Shown here piece after piece: positions 20,091 to 29,769 of a stretch of DNA of 64,000 nucleotides. The stretch is from positions 1 through 64,000 of the forward strand of contig JACVGT010000031.1 of NCBI GenBank assembly GCA_018992685.1, read 5' to 3'. The number at the start of each line of letters is the position of its first letter. The first letter of the stretch is position 1. The notes beneath the pieces are model-generated. The model was given only the letters and a program-made list of their open reading frames with translations, did no database searches and was not told the origin of the DNA. Source of the stretch: Theionarchaea archaeon (GTDB lineage Archaea > Methanobacteriota_B > Thermococci > Methanofastidiosales > SZ-28-30). A program made the position numbers and the translations under genes.

Positions 20091-20295
20091 GAGGTATCAC
20101 CTGTTACTGTGCCTCCTTGCAGCACAAATGTTGGTTTGCTTCCTGTGTGGAGTGCGTGCTCTCTGATGGACGATCCCGCATTCCCTGTAGGAATAATGGA
20201 TGGAGCAATCTCTGCGATATCGAGACTCTTACTGGCGCAGCTATGGCTGGAATTATCAGGGTCATAGTATCACACATAAGAGGAAAAAGTGGCCA

Positions 20296-20637
20296 TCACG
20301 GTTCTTGCTTGAGCTCTCTCATGCGAGCCTCGACTGCTTCCAGCTCTTTCTTGATGTTGGCAGCTACCTGTTCCAGATAGGCGATCTCTTCTGTTGGGTC
20401 AATCTGGGAAGATGCGTACATGGAAGCAGGATAACTGGGAATATGGTAGGGAGGTACAACGTGGCGTGGCATGAAATCAGCTCTCCAAACCCTGCGACAT
20501 CCTCTTCCTCCTCCCCAGAATCCGTGCCCAGGCCAGGCATTGGCAAATCCGGGGACACGATATCCGGCACAGTAACCTGCAGCTCTTCCTGTTCTGGGAC
20601 CCTCTCCTGAGGGTCCAATTCCGTCTCCTCTTGGCAT
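20296..20637 (-). CDS. DUF5320 family protein
   Basis: MPRGDG.GP.G.GPRTGR.AGYC and a C-terminal coiled coil; GGAGGTGAT SD. Confidence 0.88.
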   Translation of the reverse strand: MPRGDGIGPSGEGPRTGRAAGYCAGYRVPGFANAWPGHGFWGGGRGCRRVWRADFMPRHVVPPYHIPSYPASMYASSQIDPTEEIAYLEQVAANIKKELEAVEARMRELKQEP

Positions 20638-20641
20638 GACA

Positions 20642-21010
20642 TCACCTCCTTTCGTGTCTGTGCATTTTGCAGGCAGTCTCTTCTGTTGCTTCCTGGAGGA
20701 TTCCTTCATTGAATAGATCAATGGCATCATGGACTGTGCCTGTAGCCCCCGCAAAGACTCTGATCCCGTAGGACTCGAACATGCGAACTGCTCTGGGCCC
20801 CAGTCCGGAGCACAGCATGACGTCCACGTGATTTCGAGCCAGTTCTTCGGGAGGCTTTCCAGACCCCCCCATGTGTTCACTGGTATTCTCTAAAACCTGC
20901 ACGAGTTTTGTGGCTGTGTCATACACGGTGAAAGTGGGAGCTCTTCCGAAATGTGGGCTCACCTCTTCTGCCAGTCCCTTCTTTCCCATGGTAGGTACTC
21001 CAATTCTCAT
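20642..21010 (-). CDS. NifB/NifX family (dinitrogenase FeMo-cofactor domain) protein
   Basis: HFGRAP.F and G.GPRA motifs; GGTGAT SD before MRIGVP. Confidence 0.9.
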   Translation of the reverse strand: MRIGVPTMGKKGLAEEVSPHFGRAPTFTVYDTATKLVQVLENTSEHMGGSGKPPEELARNHVDVMLCSGLGPRAVRMFESYGIRVFAGATGTVHDAIDLFNEGILQEATEETACKMHRHERR

Positions 21011-21014
21011 GGTA

Positions 21015-21383
21015 TCACCCACTGGACTGCCCGCTGCCCTTGGGCACATTAGATTCAGACAATTCCGGCAGTTCTGCGTTCTTGAATTGAGTTATGACAT
21101 CTGAAATGACCCCGCTCCCGTTGTAGATTTTCATTCCAGCGTATTTCAGAGCACTAAATGCATTGGGGCCAAAGTTGTTCCCGATTACAGCATCCACTTC
21201 TTCATTGCTCACAATTTGAGAAGCCTGCACACCTGCACCTTTTCCAGCCCGTTCTCCCAGGTTGGGAACTGTATGAAAGTCCATGGTGTCAGTATCTACA
21301 ATCAAGAAGTATCTGCATCGTCCAAAACGGGGATCAACTGCAGCTTCCAGAGTTTGATCAGTAGCGGAAATAGCTATTTTAAT
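21015..21383 (-). CDS. NifB/NifX family protein with ATT start (or read-through fusion to Mrp)
   Basis: (I)KIAISAT...VDPRFGRCRYFLIVD...GAGVQA...GPNAF; the first codon is ATT, directly after the Mrp TAG. Confidence 0.85.
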   Translation of the reverse strand: MKIAISATDQTLEAAVDPRFGRCRYFLIVDTDTMDFHTVPNLGERAGKGAGVQASQIVSNEEVDAVIGNNFGPNAFSALKYAGMKIYNGSGVISDVITQFKNAELPELSESNVPKGSGQSSG

Positions 21384-22214
21384 CTAATCACCTTCTTTTC
21401 TGGTGTTTTCTTCCACCTGTTTCTCAATGGTGCTCACAACATCACCAAAAGCCTGAGACAGAGAGGTGTTACAGAGCACGAAAGGTGTCCCTTCATCACC
21501 ACTCTCTGCTATCGCGGTGTCAAGAGGTATCTTTCCCAGGAAGGAGACATTCATGTCTGATGCAGCTCTTTCTCCTCCTCCTGATCCAAAGACGTCCACA
21601 TCCTTTCCACAGTGCGGGCATTGGAAGCCGCTCATGTTTTCAACAATACCCAAGACAGGCATGTTCAGAATTCTGGCAAAGGTAATGGACTTTCTCACAG
21701 AGAGCAAAGCCACGTCCTGGGGAGTGGTAACGATTATGACTCCATCAACGTCTGGAATCAACTGGGCAATACTCAGGGGCTCGTCCCCTGTTCCCGGGGG
21801 GAGGTCAATAATCAAGTAATCCAGTTCTCCCCACTGCACCTGCCCCAGAAAATCCTTTACTGCTTTCATCTTTGCAGGGCCCCTCCATATGACAGGCGAG
21901 TCTGTGCTGGGCAGCAAGAAGGCCATGGACATGACTTTTACCCGCGGAGGAACAAGAATGGGAATGATTCCTTCCTTGGATAGTTCAGGTGCAGCAGCTG
22001 TAATGCCCAGCAGTTTGGGGATGGAAGGCCCGTGAATGTCACAATCCAGCAATCCTACTGCCTTCCCTCTCACAGAAAGACACAATGCCAGATTGGCTGC
22101 TACTGTACTCTTCCCGACTCCGCCCTTTCCACTCATTACCAGTATGACAAGCTGGACAGCTTTCAAGTTGTCCTCTATCTCTCTGTCAACAGGGAGGATC
22201 TTGCCTGTATTCAT
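21384..22214 (-). CDS. Mrp/NBP35 Fe-S carrier ATPase
   Basis: SGKGGVGKST, DCDIHGPS, WRGP, DLPPGTGD and ENMS...CPHC. Confidence 0.95.
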   Translation of the reverse strand: MNTGKILPVDREIEDNLKAVQLVILVMSGKGGVGKSTVAANLALCLSVRGKAVGLLDCDIHGPSIPKLLGITAAAPELSKEGIIPILVPPRVKVMSMAFLLPSTDSPVIWRGPAKMKAVKDFLGQVQWGELDYLIIDLPPGTGDEPLSIAQLIPDVDGVIIVTTPQDVALLSVRKSITFARILNMPVLGIVENMSGFQCPHCGKDVDVFGSGGGERAASDMNVSFLGKIPLDTAIAESGDEGTPFVLCNTSLSQAFGDVVSTIEKQVEENTRKEGD

Positions 22215-22696
22215 GGGGTATCACCTCCCTGGTGAGGCCCCCTCTGATTTCTGCATTTGGGACCTCCCGGCCCTCGTCTGCATCCTCTGTCTTCTGGAGC
22301 TCTGTGAAAATTCTCAGAGCCGCATTCAGGGCAGGCAGGTGGTCTTCCTGTTCCGTACGGGAGTTCCCATTCTTGACCGCAATCATAACATCTGAATTTT
22401 CTTTGTCTCAAAACATAATCACCTCCTCCTATGCGGAGGGCTTTACCCAGGACCACGGCTTCTGCGATTTTCTTGTGTGCCTCTTTCAGCATTCTGTGGA
22501 GTGTAGGCTGCGAAATGCCCATGACTGCAGCAGCCTCTGTCTGCTCTTTCCCCTCCAGGTCCACCAGCCGAATGGCTTCCAGCTCATCTACCTGAAGTGC
22601 TATCTCTTCCAGAACCGTCAGTCCTACTCCTCGAGGTTTGAAGTAGGCACAGTGTGGGCCTGATTGGACTCTTCTACATCGCCGTGGTCTTGGCAT
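22211..22696 (-). CDS. DUF134 (UPF0251) HTH protein with C-terminal Zn ribbon
   Basis: MPRPRR.RRV...FKP.G...DELEAIRL.D...M.ISQPT and C..C...CP.C. Confidence 0.92.
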   Translation of the reverse strand: MPRPRRCRRVQSGPHCAYFKPRGVGLTVLEEIALQVDELEAIRLVDLEGKEQTEAAAVMGISQPTLHRMLKEAHKKIAEAVVLGKALRIGGGDYVLRQRKFRCYDCGQEWELPYGTGRPPACPECGSENFHRAPEDRGCRRGPGGPKCRNQRGPHQGGDTP

Positions 22697-22879
22697 GTTA
22701 TGAATATATATTCATTACTTATAAAGGTGTCTGTCATCATCCACTCCATTTCATGAAGAGTCTACTGGAATATCTGGATGTGGCACCTTTACCCCCCTGA
22801 CACATGGGTTCTCCCCATATTTGGGTAAGACTCTGGGACGCTACGCAAACCATTATAAGCAGAGTGACTATTCTACACC

Positions 22880-23323
22880 ATGAATGTCGTGTGGGAACTT
22901 ATCTTTATCTCAATGCTTCCCTGGATAGAGCTCAGGGGTGGCATTCCTGTTGGAATCAGCAAGGGTCTTGATCCTCTGGCTGTCTTTGCTGTCTGCACGG
23001 TGACAGATATTCTTATCATTCCGCTCATCCTGGTCTTCTTACGATATGCAGTCCCATTGGTCCTCAGGATAGAAAGGATAAATCGATTGTACCAATGGAA
23101 CGTGGTGAGAACCTTGAAAAGATATGAGAAATACAGGAAATGGGAGGAATTGGGATTGGCTTTATTTGTTGCCATACCGTTACCTTTTACAGGGGTATAC
23201 TCAGGTACGTTAGTATCGTACATTCTGGACTTCAAAAAGAGAGAAGCGGTTCTTTCCATATCGTGTGGCGCAATTTTGGCGGGAATTTTGGTAACCGCTT
23301 TGAGTGTTGGCATCCTAGGATAA
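22880..23323 (+). CDS. Small multidrug export family membrane protein (COG2426-like)
   Basis: SMLP.IELRGGIP and LFVAIPLP.TG.Y.G. Confidence 0.88.
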   Translation: MNVVWELIFISMLPWIELRGGIPVGISKGLDPLAVFAVCTVTDILIIPLILVFLRYAVPLVLRIERINRLYQWNVVRTLKRYEKYRKWEELGLALFVAIPLPFTGVYSGTLVSYILDFKKREAVLSISCGAILAGILVTALSVGILG

Positions 23324-23352
23324 CTATATAAACTGGAAAAGGAGGTGGGTTT

Positions 23353-23895
23353 ATGCAAGCCCAAGTACACAAAGAAGATGATTCTAGTTATAGATCGGGA
23401 AAAGGATATTCCTTATCCGAAGTTGAAAAGAGCGGGATACGTGTCTCTCAAGTGAGAAAACTGGGGATATATGTAGACCCTCGCAGGCGGACTCTTCATG
23501 AATTCAATGTTCAGCAACTAATAGCATTAGTAGAAGAAAGGCAGAACCAGCTGAGAGAGGAAGCTGAGAAAGCACGCAGAGAAGAAGTAGAAATGAAAGA
23601 AGAAAAGGAATCCAGGAAGAAGGCCAAGAAAGAAGGAGAGAAAAAGAAGGAGAAAAGGGCAGAGAAGAAGAAGATCGAAAAGAAGGTAGAAGTCAAGAAA
23701 GAGAAAGCTCCTGAAGGTCCTCTTGATCTCACTGAAATAAAAGGTGTCGGGAAAAAGAGGGCAGAAACATTTCTCAAAGCAGGAATTCAGACTGTAGAAG
23801 ACCTGATTGCTGCTGACACTGGAGAACTGGCGGAAAAGACCCAGTTCACAGAGGATTACATCGAAACACTCAAAGAGAGGGCCAAGGAACTATGA
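23353..23895 (+). CDS. rpl13e: Ribosomal protein L13e domain fused to a charged linker and helix-hairpin-helix domain
   Basis: R.GKG(Y/F)SL.E....G......R.LGI.VD.RRR..H..NV..L L13e signature; C-terminal L.EIKGVG.K.A..F..AGI.TVEDL. Confidence 0.8.
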   Translation: MQAQVHKEDDSSYRSGKGYSLSEVEKSGIRVSQVRKLGIYVDPRRRTLHEFNVQQLIALVEERQNQLREEAEKARREEVEMKEEKESRKKAKKEGEKKKEKRAEKKKIEKKVEVKKEKAPEGPLDLTEIKGVGKKRAETFLKAGIQTVEDLIAADTGELAEKTQFTEDYIETLKERAKEL

Positions 23896-24395
23896 GCCCA
23901 GAGGAAGCTCTCCTCCTCCTCAGAGATGTAGCGTGCCAGGATAACGTTGTGGAGCACTGTGTGGCTGTGGCTGCAACTGGGGTGGCTCTTGCCGAGAATG
24001 TGCAGCGTGACCACCCTGTTGACATCTCTCTGGTACAGACGGGAGGCCTCATCCACGATATTGGAAGAGCGCTCACCCATGGAATTGATCATGGCGTGGT
24101 GGGTGCCCAGCTCCTGAGAGAACGTGGCATCAGTGGTCCACTCCAGCTGATCTGTGAGCGTCATGTATGCGCAGGAATTCCCAGTGAGGTGGCTGTGGAA
24201 ATTGGGCTGCCTCCCAGAGACTTCATTCCTCGCACTCTGGAGGAAAAGATCGTGTGCCACGCAGATAACCTGACGAACCACACATTCGAAGATCTTCAAC
24301 AGAGCTGGCGGAATTTCTTCGGAGAGAAACATGGCGAAGTCATAGTACGCTATCTGAACAATCTCCACAGTGAGCTCACCCCGTACCTTGTCTGA
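23892..24395 (+). CDS. HDIG/HD domain metal-dependent phosphohydrolase (TIGR00295-like)
   Basis: H...HDIGR...HG..G...ERH..AG...EEKIV.HADNL. Confidence 0.9.
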   Translation: MSPEEALLLLRDVACQDNVVEHCVAVAATGVALAENVQRDHPVDISLVQTGGLIHDIGRALTHGIDHGVVGAQLLRERGISGPLQLICERHVCAGIPSEVAVEIGLPPRDFIPRTLEEKIVCHADNLTNHTFEDLQQSWRNFFGEKHGEVIVRYLNNLHSELTPYLV

Positions 24396-24476
24396 GACCT
24401 GAACTCGAATGCCAGGATATGTTGCAGCACTGTAGTTTTACAAACCCTTAAATAGATTCTTTCCCTCTTGGGGAGT

Positions 24477-24698
24477 ATGGTCACTGCTTTTGTATTGTGT
24501 GGGGTCTCTCCAGGAACAGAACGTGCAGTCTTACAGAAACTGCAGAGAATCTCTCAAGAGGCCCACATCATCTACGGCCAGTACGACCTGATTGCCAAAA
24601 TCTCTGTGGATCGATGCGAAGATCTAGAAGCTTTTATAAGCAAGCTGCGAGACATTAAAGAAATCCAGAATACCCATACCTGGATTACGATGGACTAG
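24477..24698 (+). CDS. Stand-alone Lrp/AsnC ligand-binding domain
   Basis: AFVL....PG.E..V...L...YGQYDLIAK...R.I..I..T.T.I. Confidence 0.88.
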   Translation: MVTAFVLCGVSPGTERAVLQKLQRISQEAHIIYGQYDLIAKISVDRCEDLEAFISKLRDIKEIQNTHTWITMD

Positions 24699-24715
24699 AT
24701 AGACTAGGTGATATT

Positions 24716-25030
24716 GTGGAGTTTTGTCCTGAATGCGGCGGCCTTCTCTTGCCCAGAGAGGGGTTGCTTCAATGTCGCTGCGGATACAGCAAAGAGATAG
24801 GAAAAGAGGAGAAGGAACGGTATGCTCTCAATGAAGAGCCGAAAGAAGCCCGAGAAATACCGGTTATAGAAGAGGAATTTCAGCAGATGCCTATAGCACG
24901 GGCGCAGTGCAGAAAGTGCGGCAATACGGAGGCATACTACTGGATGCTTCAAACAAGATCGGCTGATGAGCCTGCAACCAAGTTTTATCGGTGCACAAAG
25001 TGCAAGTACACGTGGAGAGAGTACGACTAG
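24716..25030 (+). CDS. tfs: Transcription factor S (TFS/RpoM)
   Basis: FCP.CG N-terminal Zn ribbon and C-terminal QTRSADEP.T.FYRC..C...WR. Confidence 0.96.
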   Translation: MEFCPECGGLLLPREGLLQCRCGYSKEIGKEEKERYALNEEPKEAREIPVIEEEFQQMPIARAQCRKCGNTEAYYWMLQTRSADEPATKFYRCTKCKYTWREYD

Positions 25031-25633
25031 CTACTCACCAAACAGGCGCAGTATACTCATGGAAAGCCGGTGAACTTCCATTTCTTTCTCCAGGAGGCTC
25101 AGCTGTTTCACGGAGAGAGATGAGGGATCAAGAGGGATGATGAGGGTTGCATTGTTCAAGATGATCAGATCGTTAAGAGCCTGGAGAAATCGCAGTGTTG
25201 TCTCAAATCCATTGTGCATGATCAGGTATTCCAGTCCGTCCAGAAAAACAACAGCACATTCTCTATCCCTGATGAAATCTCTGATGAGATGCGTTAGTTT
25301 GGCCAGGCTGTTGGGATCGATACTGTAGGGACTTTCTTCTCTGGATAGCCACAGAATGTCTACATCCTCAGGCATCTCGTTCTTCTGCATTTTATCAGGA
25401 AATGTGCGCGTGATAACCATCCCGCAGCCTTTTCTGCCTTCGCTCAGCTTGTGGAACAAGGATAATCCTCTAACGTATCCTTTTTCCTTGACAAGATATG
25501 AAATTCCCAGTTCCCATTCGGTGGCTTTAAGGCTCTTTGAGTACCTGAAGACATTGTAGAGGAGGATTACTACCGTGATCGCTGTCCCTACTGCAAGAAT
25601 AGCCAAAACTGTAACCGCACCTGTACTTACCAT
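25031..25633 (-). CDS. DUF835 domain protein with N-terminal TM
   Basis: G..ITR..P, WLS and .DGLEYLI.HN.F...LRFL..L.D. Confidence 0.85.
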   Translation of the reverse strand: MVSTGAVTVLAILAVGTAITVVILLYNVFRYSKSLKATEWELGISYLVKEKGYVRGLSLFHKLSEGRKGCGMVITRTFPDKMQKNEMPEDVDILWLSREESPYSIDPNSLAKLTHLIRDFIRDRECAVVFLDGLEYLIMHNGFETTLRFLQALNDLIILNNATLIIPLDPSSLSVKQLSLLEKEMEVHRLSMSILRLFGE

Positions 25634-25819
25634 GGTTCCTACCCTTCATCGGGTTTTACTCTCCCGCTTAAAAAGCTTTTGTAGAGATTGGGTAATCATC
25701 TAGATGATTTGTAGATTTTCCAATCGTGACATGCCCTTGGTTAGGGGGGAGCTGCCCAGCGGGACAGACAATGCCAAAATTTATATGGTCTTTCAGGTTA
25801 ATCCTTGAAAGGTGAGTTC

Positions 25820-27214
25820 ATGTCCCTGAAACTATATAACACACTGACTAACCAGAAAGAGGAATTCAACCCCATTGAGAAGAATAAGGTGAGGATGTAT
25901 GTATGTGGCCCCACGGTGTATGACAAGTGTCACATAGGTCATGCTAGGTGTTATATTGCGTTTGACGTCATTCGAAGGTACCTGGAGTACTGTGGGCATG
26001 ATGTCACCTTCGTGGAAAATTTTACAGATGTTGATGACAAGTTAATTAGGAAATCCAATGAGACAGGGGAAGACCCTTTTGAGATTGCAGAGAGAAATAT
26101 TGGGGATTACTTTCGGGACATGGATGCCCTGAATGTGAAGCGGGCAGACATGTACCCCAGGGCAACCCAGCATATACCTGACATGATCGCCTTCATTGAG
26201 CGGTTGCTGGAAAAGGGCGATGCGTATGTGGCTGATGGGGATGTCTACTTTTCTGTGGAGAAGGTGGCAGACTACGGGAGGCTTTCGGGGGTCAATGTCG
26301 AACAGATGAAGGCGGGAGCCAGAATTGCCGTTGATGAGAAAAAGAGGGACCCCTTGGACTTTGCACTGTGGAAAAAGGCCAAGGAAGGCGAACCCAAGTG
26401 GGAAAGCCCCTGGGGAGAAGGAAGACCGGGGTGGCACATTGAGTGTTCTGCCATGTCTCTGAAGCACCTGGGAGAGACACTGGACATTCATGGAGGAGGT
26501 CAGGACCTCATTTTTCCCCATCACGAGAATGAGATGGCTCAGTCTGAGGCGTGTTCAGGTAAACAGTTCGTGCGTTACTGGCTGCACAACGGATTTGTCA
26601 CCATTCGAGAAGAGAAAATGTCCAAATCTCTGGGAAATATTGTTTCTGTGGAGGACCTGCTTCAGGAGTATTCTCCTGAAACGCTGAGATATTTCCTGGT
26701 GGCATCTTACTACAGGAAACCCATTGATTTTGATGAAGATGCTCTTGAAGAAGCGAAGAAGGCAGTTGCAAGGCTGTTGAATACGGTGGACCTGGTGAAG
26801 GAAGCTAGGCAGGGGGACTTCACCGGTGAATCCTTGTCAACAGACCACTACCGGCAGCAATTCCAGGAAGCAATGAACGATGATTTTAACACACCTGCTG
26901 CCCTGGCAGTGCTATTCGAACTGGCGAGAGATGTTAACAGGCGGATTGAAGAGAAGAATGTTGACAAAGAGTCACTTGAGAATGTACTGAATACGTTCAT
27001 GGAACTGGGTGGTGACGTTTTAGGCCTGTTTTTCGAGGTCAAACATGAGGAATTTTCAGAGGAACTGCTTGAGATACTCATTTCCGTCAGGGAACAGGTT
27101 AGAAAAAAGAACCTGTGGGACATTTCGGATACCATAAGGGATCGTCTGAGAGAGATCGGAATTGCCTTGGAAGATACCCCTGAAGGCACCCGGTGGAAAT
27201 TCGTTCGAGACTAG
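25820..27214 (+). CDS. cysS: Cysteine-tRNA ligase
   Basis: CGPTVY, HIGH, DFALWK, GRPGWHIEC, FPHHENE and KMSKS. Confidence 0.98.
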   Translation: MSLKLYNTLTNQKEEFNPIEKNKVRMYVCGPTVYDKCHIGHARCYIAFDVIRRYLEYCGHDVTFVENFTDVDDKLIRKSNETGEDPFEIAERNIGDYFRDMDALNVKRADMYPRATQHIPDMIAFIERLLEKGDAYVADGDVYFSVEKVADYGRLSGVNVEQMKAGARIAVDEKKRDPLDFALWKKAKEGEPKWESPWGEGRPGWHIECSAMSLKHLGETLDIHGGGQDLIFPHHENEMAQSEACSGKQFVRYWLHNGFVTIREEKMSKSLGNIVSVEDLLQEYSPETLRYFLVASYYRKPIDFDEDALEEAKKAVARLLNTVDLVKEARQGDFTGESLSTDHYRQQFQEAMNDDFNTPAALAVLFELARDVNRRIEEKNVDKESLENVLNTFMELGGDVLGLFFEVKHEEFSEELLEILISVREQVRKKNLWDISDTIRDRLREIGIALEDTPEGTRWKFVRD

Positions 27215-27298
27215 TTGGAAGGGCGTTCTCTTAAGGAGAGGAGCCACTGAGTGTACCGTGAGAAAGGCTTATAACGCAATTAGTCATAGAAGACAGAG

Positions 27299-27370
27299 GC
27301 CGGGGTCGCCTAGAGGCTATGGCCGCGGACTGCAGATCCGCTCACGTGAGTTCAAGTCTCACCCCCGGCT
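27299..27370 (+). tRNA. tRNA-Cys(GCA), intronless, CCA not encoded
   Basis: Acceptor GCCGGGG/CCCCGGC with U discriminator; anticodon arm GCGGA-CTGCAGA-TCCGC; T arm GTGAG-TTCAAGT-CTCAC; TATA about 31 nt upstream. Confidence 0.96.
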
Positions 27371-27561
27371 CTCATACGATGGCTTTTAAGCTCTCTTCAC
27401 TTCTTAAGGATTTTAATGCAGTGGAGCTTTTGCAGGAAGCTTTGATCGTCTATAGAAAGCTTCACATGCCAGAAAATACTGTAATATATGACGTTATCAA
27501 TTGGTTCTTGTGGGGACTTAGAGGATGGTGCGTTGACTACTCTTTGCCCGGACTCCTCATG

Positions 27562-29289
27562 TTATCTGTGAAGAAAATCGCCTGGTCCTCGATCAACTCT
27601 CTTTCCCAGCAGGAGGACTAGAGGCAGCAAAGATGGGACAAACATGAGAAATCCTATGGATTGATTTCGTTTCTCCTCTGCAATCTCTTGAAGTTTCCTA
27701 TCAAGTTCCTTCGAACAAGTGGTGCAATAGTCCCAGTGATTTGAAGACATGATACATTTTCCTTCATGGTCATCAAGCCCAAGGATATGGCCTATTTCGT
27801 GCGCTACAGTGAAAGACTTTCCAGTACTGCAGTATGCAACATTTGAACGTGGAAGCCGGAAGCCCAAACCATTGCCGCAGCACTCTTTCTCGTTGATTAG
27901 GACCACATACACATCTCCTTCGGGCACCTGCTCTCTGGACCTAAACCTAAGAAATTTCAGATGGTACCAGGTCTCCCAAATGAACGGCGGGCAGCCAAGT
28001 GGACCCATGTCTGCTTCATCCCAGAATACTACATCTGGGTTCAGGAAGTTTTCAATATGGGAATACTCAAAAAAATGATCATATTGAGTTCTTGCCTCAT
28101 TCTCGTAGCTTTCATGATTCCCATCCCAGCCACCAGGAACAAATACGATCCTGAATCTAGTTCTCTCGCTTACTCTACATCGCATATTGAGATAGATGGT
28201 TGTGTCTTCTTCACAACTGAGAAAGACAGTTTCTTCGACAGTTTCACAGCCATATTTCTTTAATTGGATTGTATGCTTTCCAGCGGGTAATGGAACTCCA
28301 CAAATTCCATCAGAAGTAGTCGAACTTGCTCGATCTGCAGGTCCTCCACTTTCTGTAAGTCTATATTCGCCGTCAACATACAAGTCATATTCATATATAT
28401 TGCAATGAATCCACAGAAGCGTGTTTTCGCATTCTTTTTTGCTACAGTCACAATCTGAATCATCACAATCAATCTTGCCATCACCATCATCATCTCTTCC
28501 ATTGTTGCAGTCCTCGTTTGGAACGACATCAGGACATCCATCACCATCTTGATAACCATCGTAATTTTCCTTTTCATGAGGGCAGTCGTCGTAGCAATCT
28601 TTTATTCCATCGGAGTCAGAGTCTCTCCTGCAAGGATCGCAATCTGAGTGCTGCCTACAATCTGAATCATCACAATCAATCTTGCCATCACCATCATCAT
28701 CTCTTCCATTGTTGCAGTCTTCATAACAATCCATTGTCACATGAATCGTTGTTGAATGTCCACATTCTATTCTAGCAGTCTTTGTTATGGTATCGCACCC
28801 GTCCTTCTTCAGTTTCACCGAATATGTTCCTGCCTCCAGTTTTATCCCACATTCTCCGTCACCATCTTCAGTGAGTTCATAGTTGCCATCTATGTAGAGT
28901 TCATAACCTGCGATATTGCATTTGACAATGAGCCACTCTTCGCATTCTTCTGGAGAACCACACTCAGCGCATGAGCTGATATAATATGCTTCTTTGGCAT
29001 CCCACATAACTCGTACTTCACCTCCAGATTCGCATCGTACAGACATCCACTTTGGATTTATGAATTTCATGTAATAACCCAGGTAGCTCTCCGGGGGATC
29101 ATCCAGGTAGACAATCCCTCCCTCACATAACTCCATGGGAACGAATTGGCAACCCTCTACATTGTCCCAATAACTATATACAAAACCACAGAGAGTTTCT
29201 TCTCCGAGCGAAACATTACTTGTCATTCCAGAAAGAAGACTAAGGGCAAAGATGCCCATCACTACCACATATCTTTTCATCATAACCAT
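27562..29289 (-). CDS. Secreted, C-terminally anchored Cys/Asp-rich multidomain zinc metalloprotease
   Basis: Signal peptide, two PEGA-like domains, DCNNGRDDDGDGKIDCDDSDC twice, a TSP3-like DSDSDGIKD..D.CP, HEIGHILGLDDH and a C-terminal TM. Confidence 0.8.
   Translation of the reverse strand: MVMMKRYVVVMGIFALSLLSGMTSNVSLGEETLCGFVYSYWDNVEGCQFVPMELCEGGIVYLDDPPESYLGYYMKFINPKWMSVRCESGGEVRVMWDAKEAYYISSCAECGSPEECEEWLIVKCNIAGYELYIDGNYELTEDGDGECGIKLEAGTYSVKLKKDGCDTITKTARIECGHSTTIHVTMDCYEDCNNGRDDDGDGKIDCDDSDCRQHSDCDPCRRDSDSDGIKDCYDDCPHEKENYDGYQDGDGCPDVVPNEDCNNGRDDDGDGKIDCDDSDCDCSKKECENTLLWIHCNIYEYDLYVDGEYRLTESGGPADRASSTTSDGICGVPLPAGKHTIQLKKYGCETVEETVFLSCEEDTTIYLNMRCRVSERTRFRIVFVPGGWDGNHESYENEARTQYDHFFEYSHIENFLNPDVVFWDEADMGPLGCPPFIWETWYHLKFLRFRSREQVPEGDVYVVLINEKECCGNGLGFRLPRSNVAYCSTGKSFTVAHEIGHILGLDDHEGKCIMSSNHWDYCTTCSKELDRKLQEIAEEKRNQSIGFLMFVPSLLPLVLLLGKRVDRGPGDFLHR
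28450..28719. repeat. Identical 63-bp direct repeat (28450-28512 and 28657-28719)
   Basis: acaatctgaatcatcacaatcaatcttgccatcaccatcatcatctcttccattgttgcagtc occurs twice. Confidence 0.92.
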
Positions 29290-29769
29290 CTCATTCAGGT
29301 CTCCTTATCATCCTTAATAAGTTTTTCGTGGATTCAGAGCAGCAAATCAAGACAACATTCTCCATTTGCTCACTGTCAATTCTTGAGTCAATCCCCATCA
29401 TGGGTCATTGCGGACTCAGATACTGACTGAAATAGACGAAAAGCTCAATCATTCAATTGGAAAAGAGAAGATCACTGATACCTGTGTAATATCAAGGAAG
29501 AAGAAGTGATTCAACACAGAAAACTTCCTTATGAAGACAGAGTCTTCTTGGATTCTCTTTGTTTCCATGGTTTTTTGATCTTCGTATCTACTCTCTCTCA
29601 GAAAGTGCAGGAACCTTGGTCCTTGAGCTGCTTCTACCGTTTATTGTTCATTTAATGATTGAAATCCAGTCGGCAAGCGTTTCAATGAGTGGGAAAAGAA
29701 CCCTACCAGGAAAGAGTGGCCTGGATAAGAAGAGTTACTTTTTTATTGTTACGTGTATTTACTCGGTCG

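Noticed and set aside
20104-20265. 53-aa ORF inside the ORP operon
   Set aside because: No recognisable motif and only a weak SD; cannot be supported
29410-29421. gcggactcagat resembling the tRNA-Cys anticodon arm, as a possible att site
   Set aside because: Short and gapped, not the tRNA 3' end, and no integrase nearby
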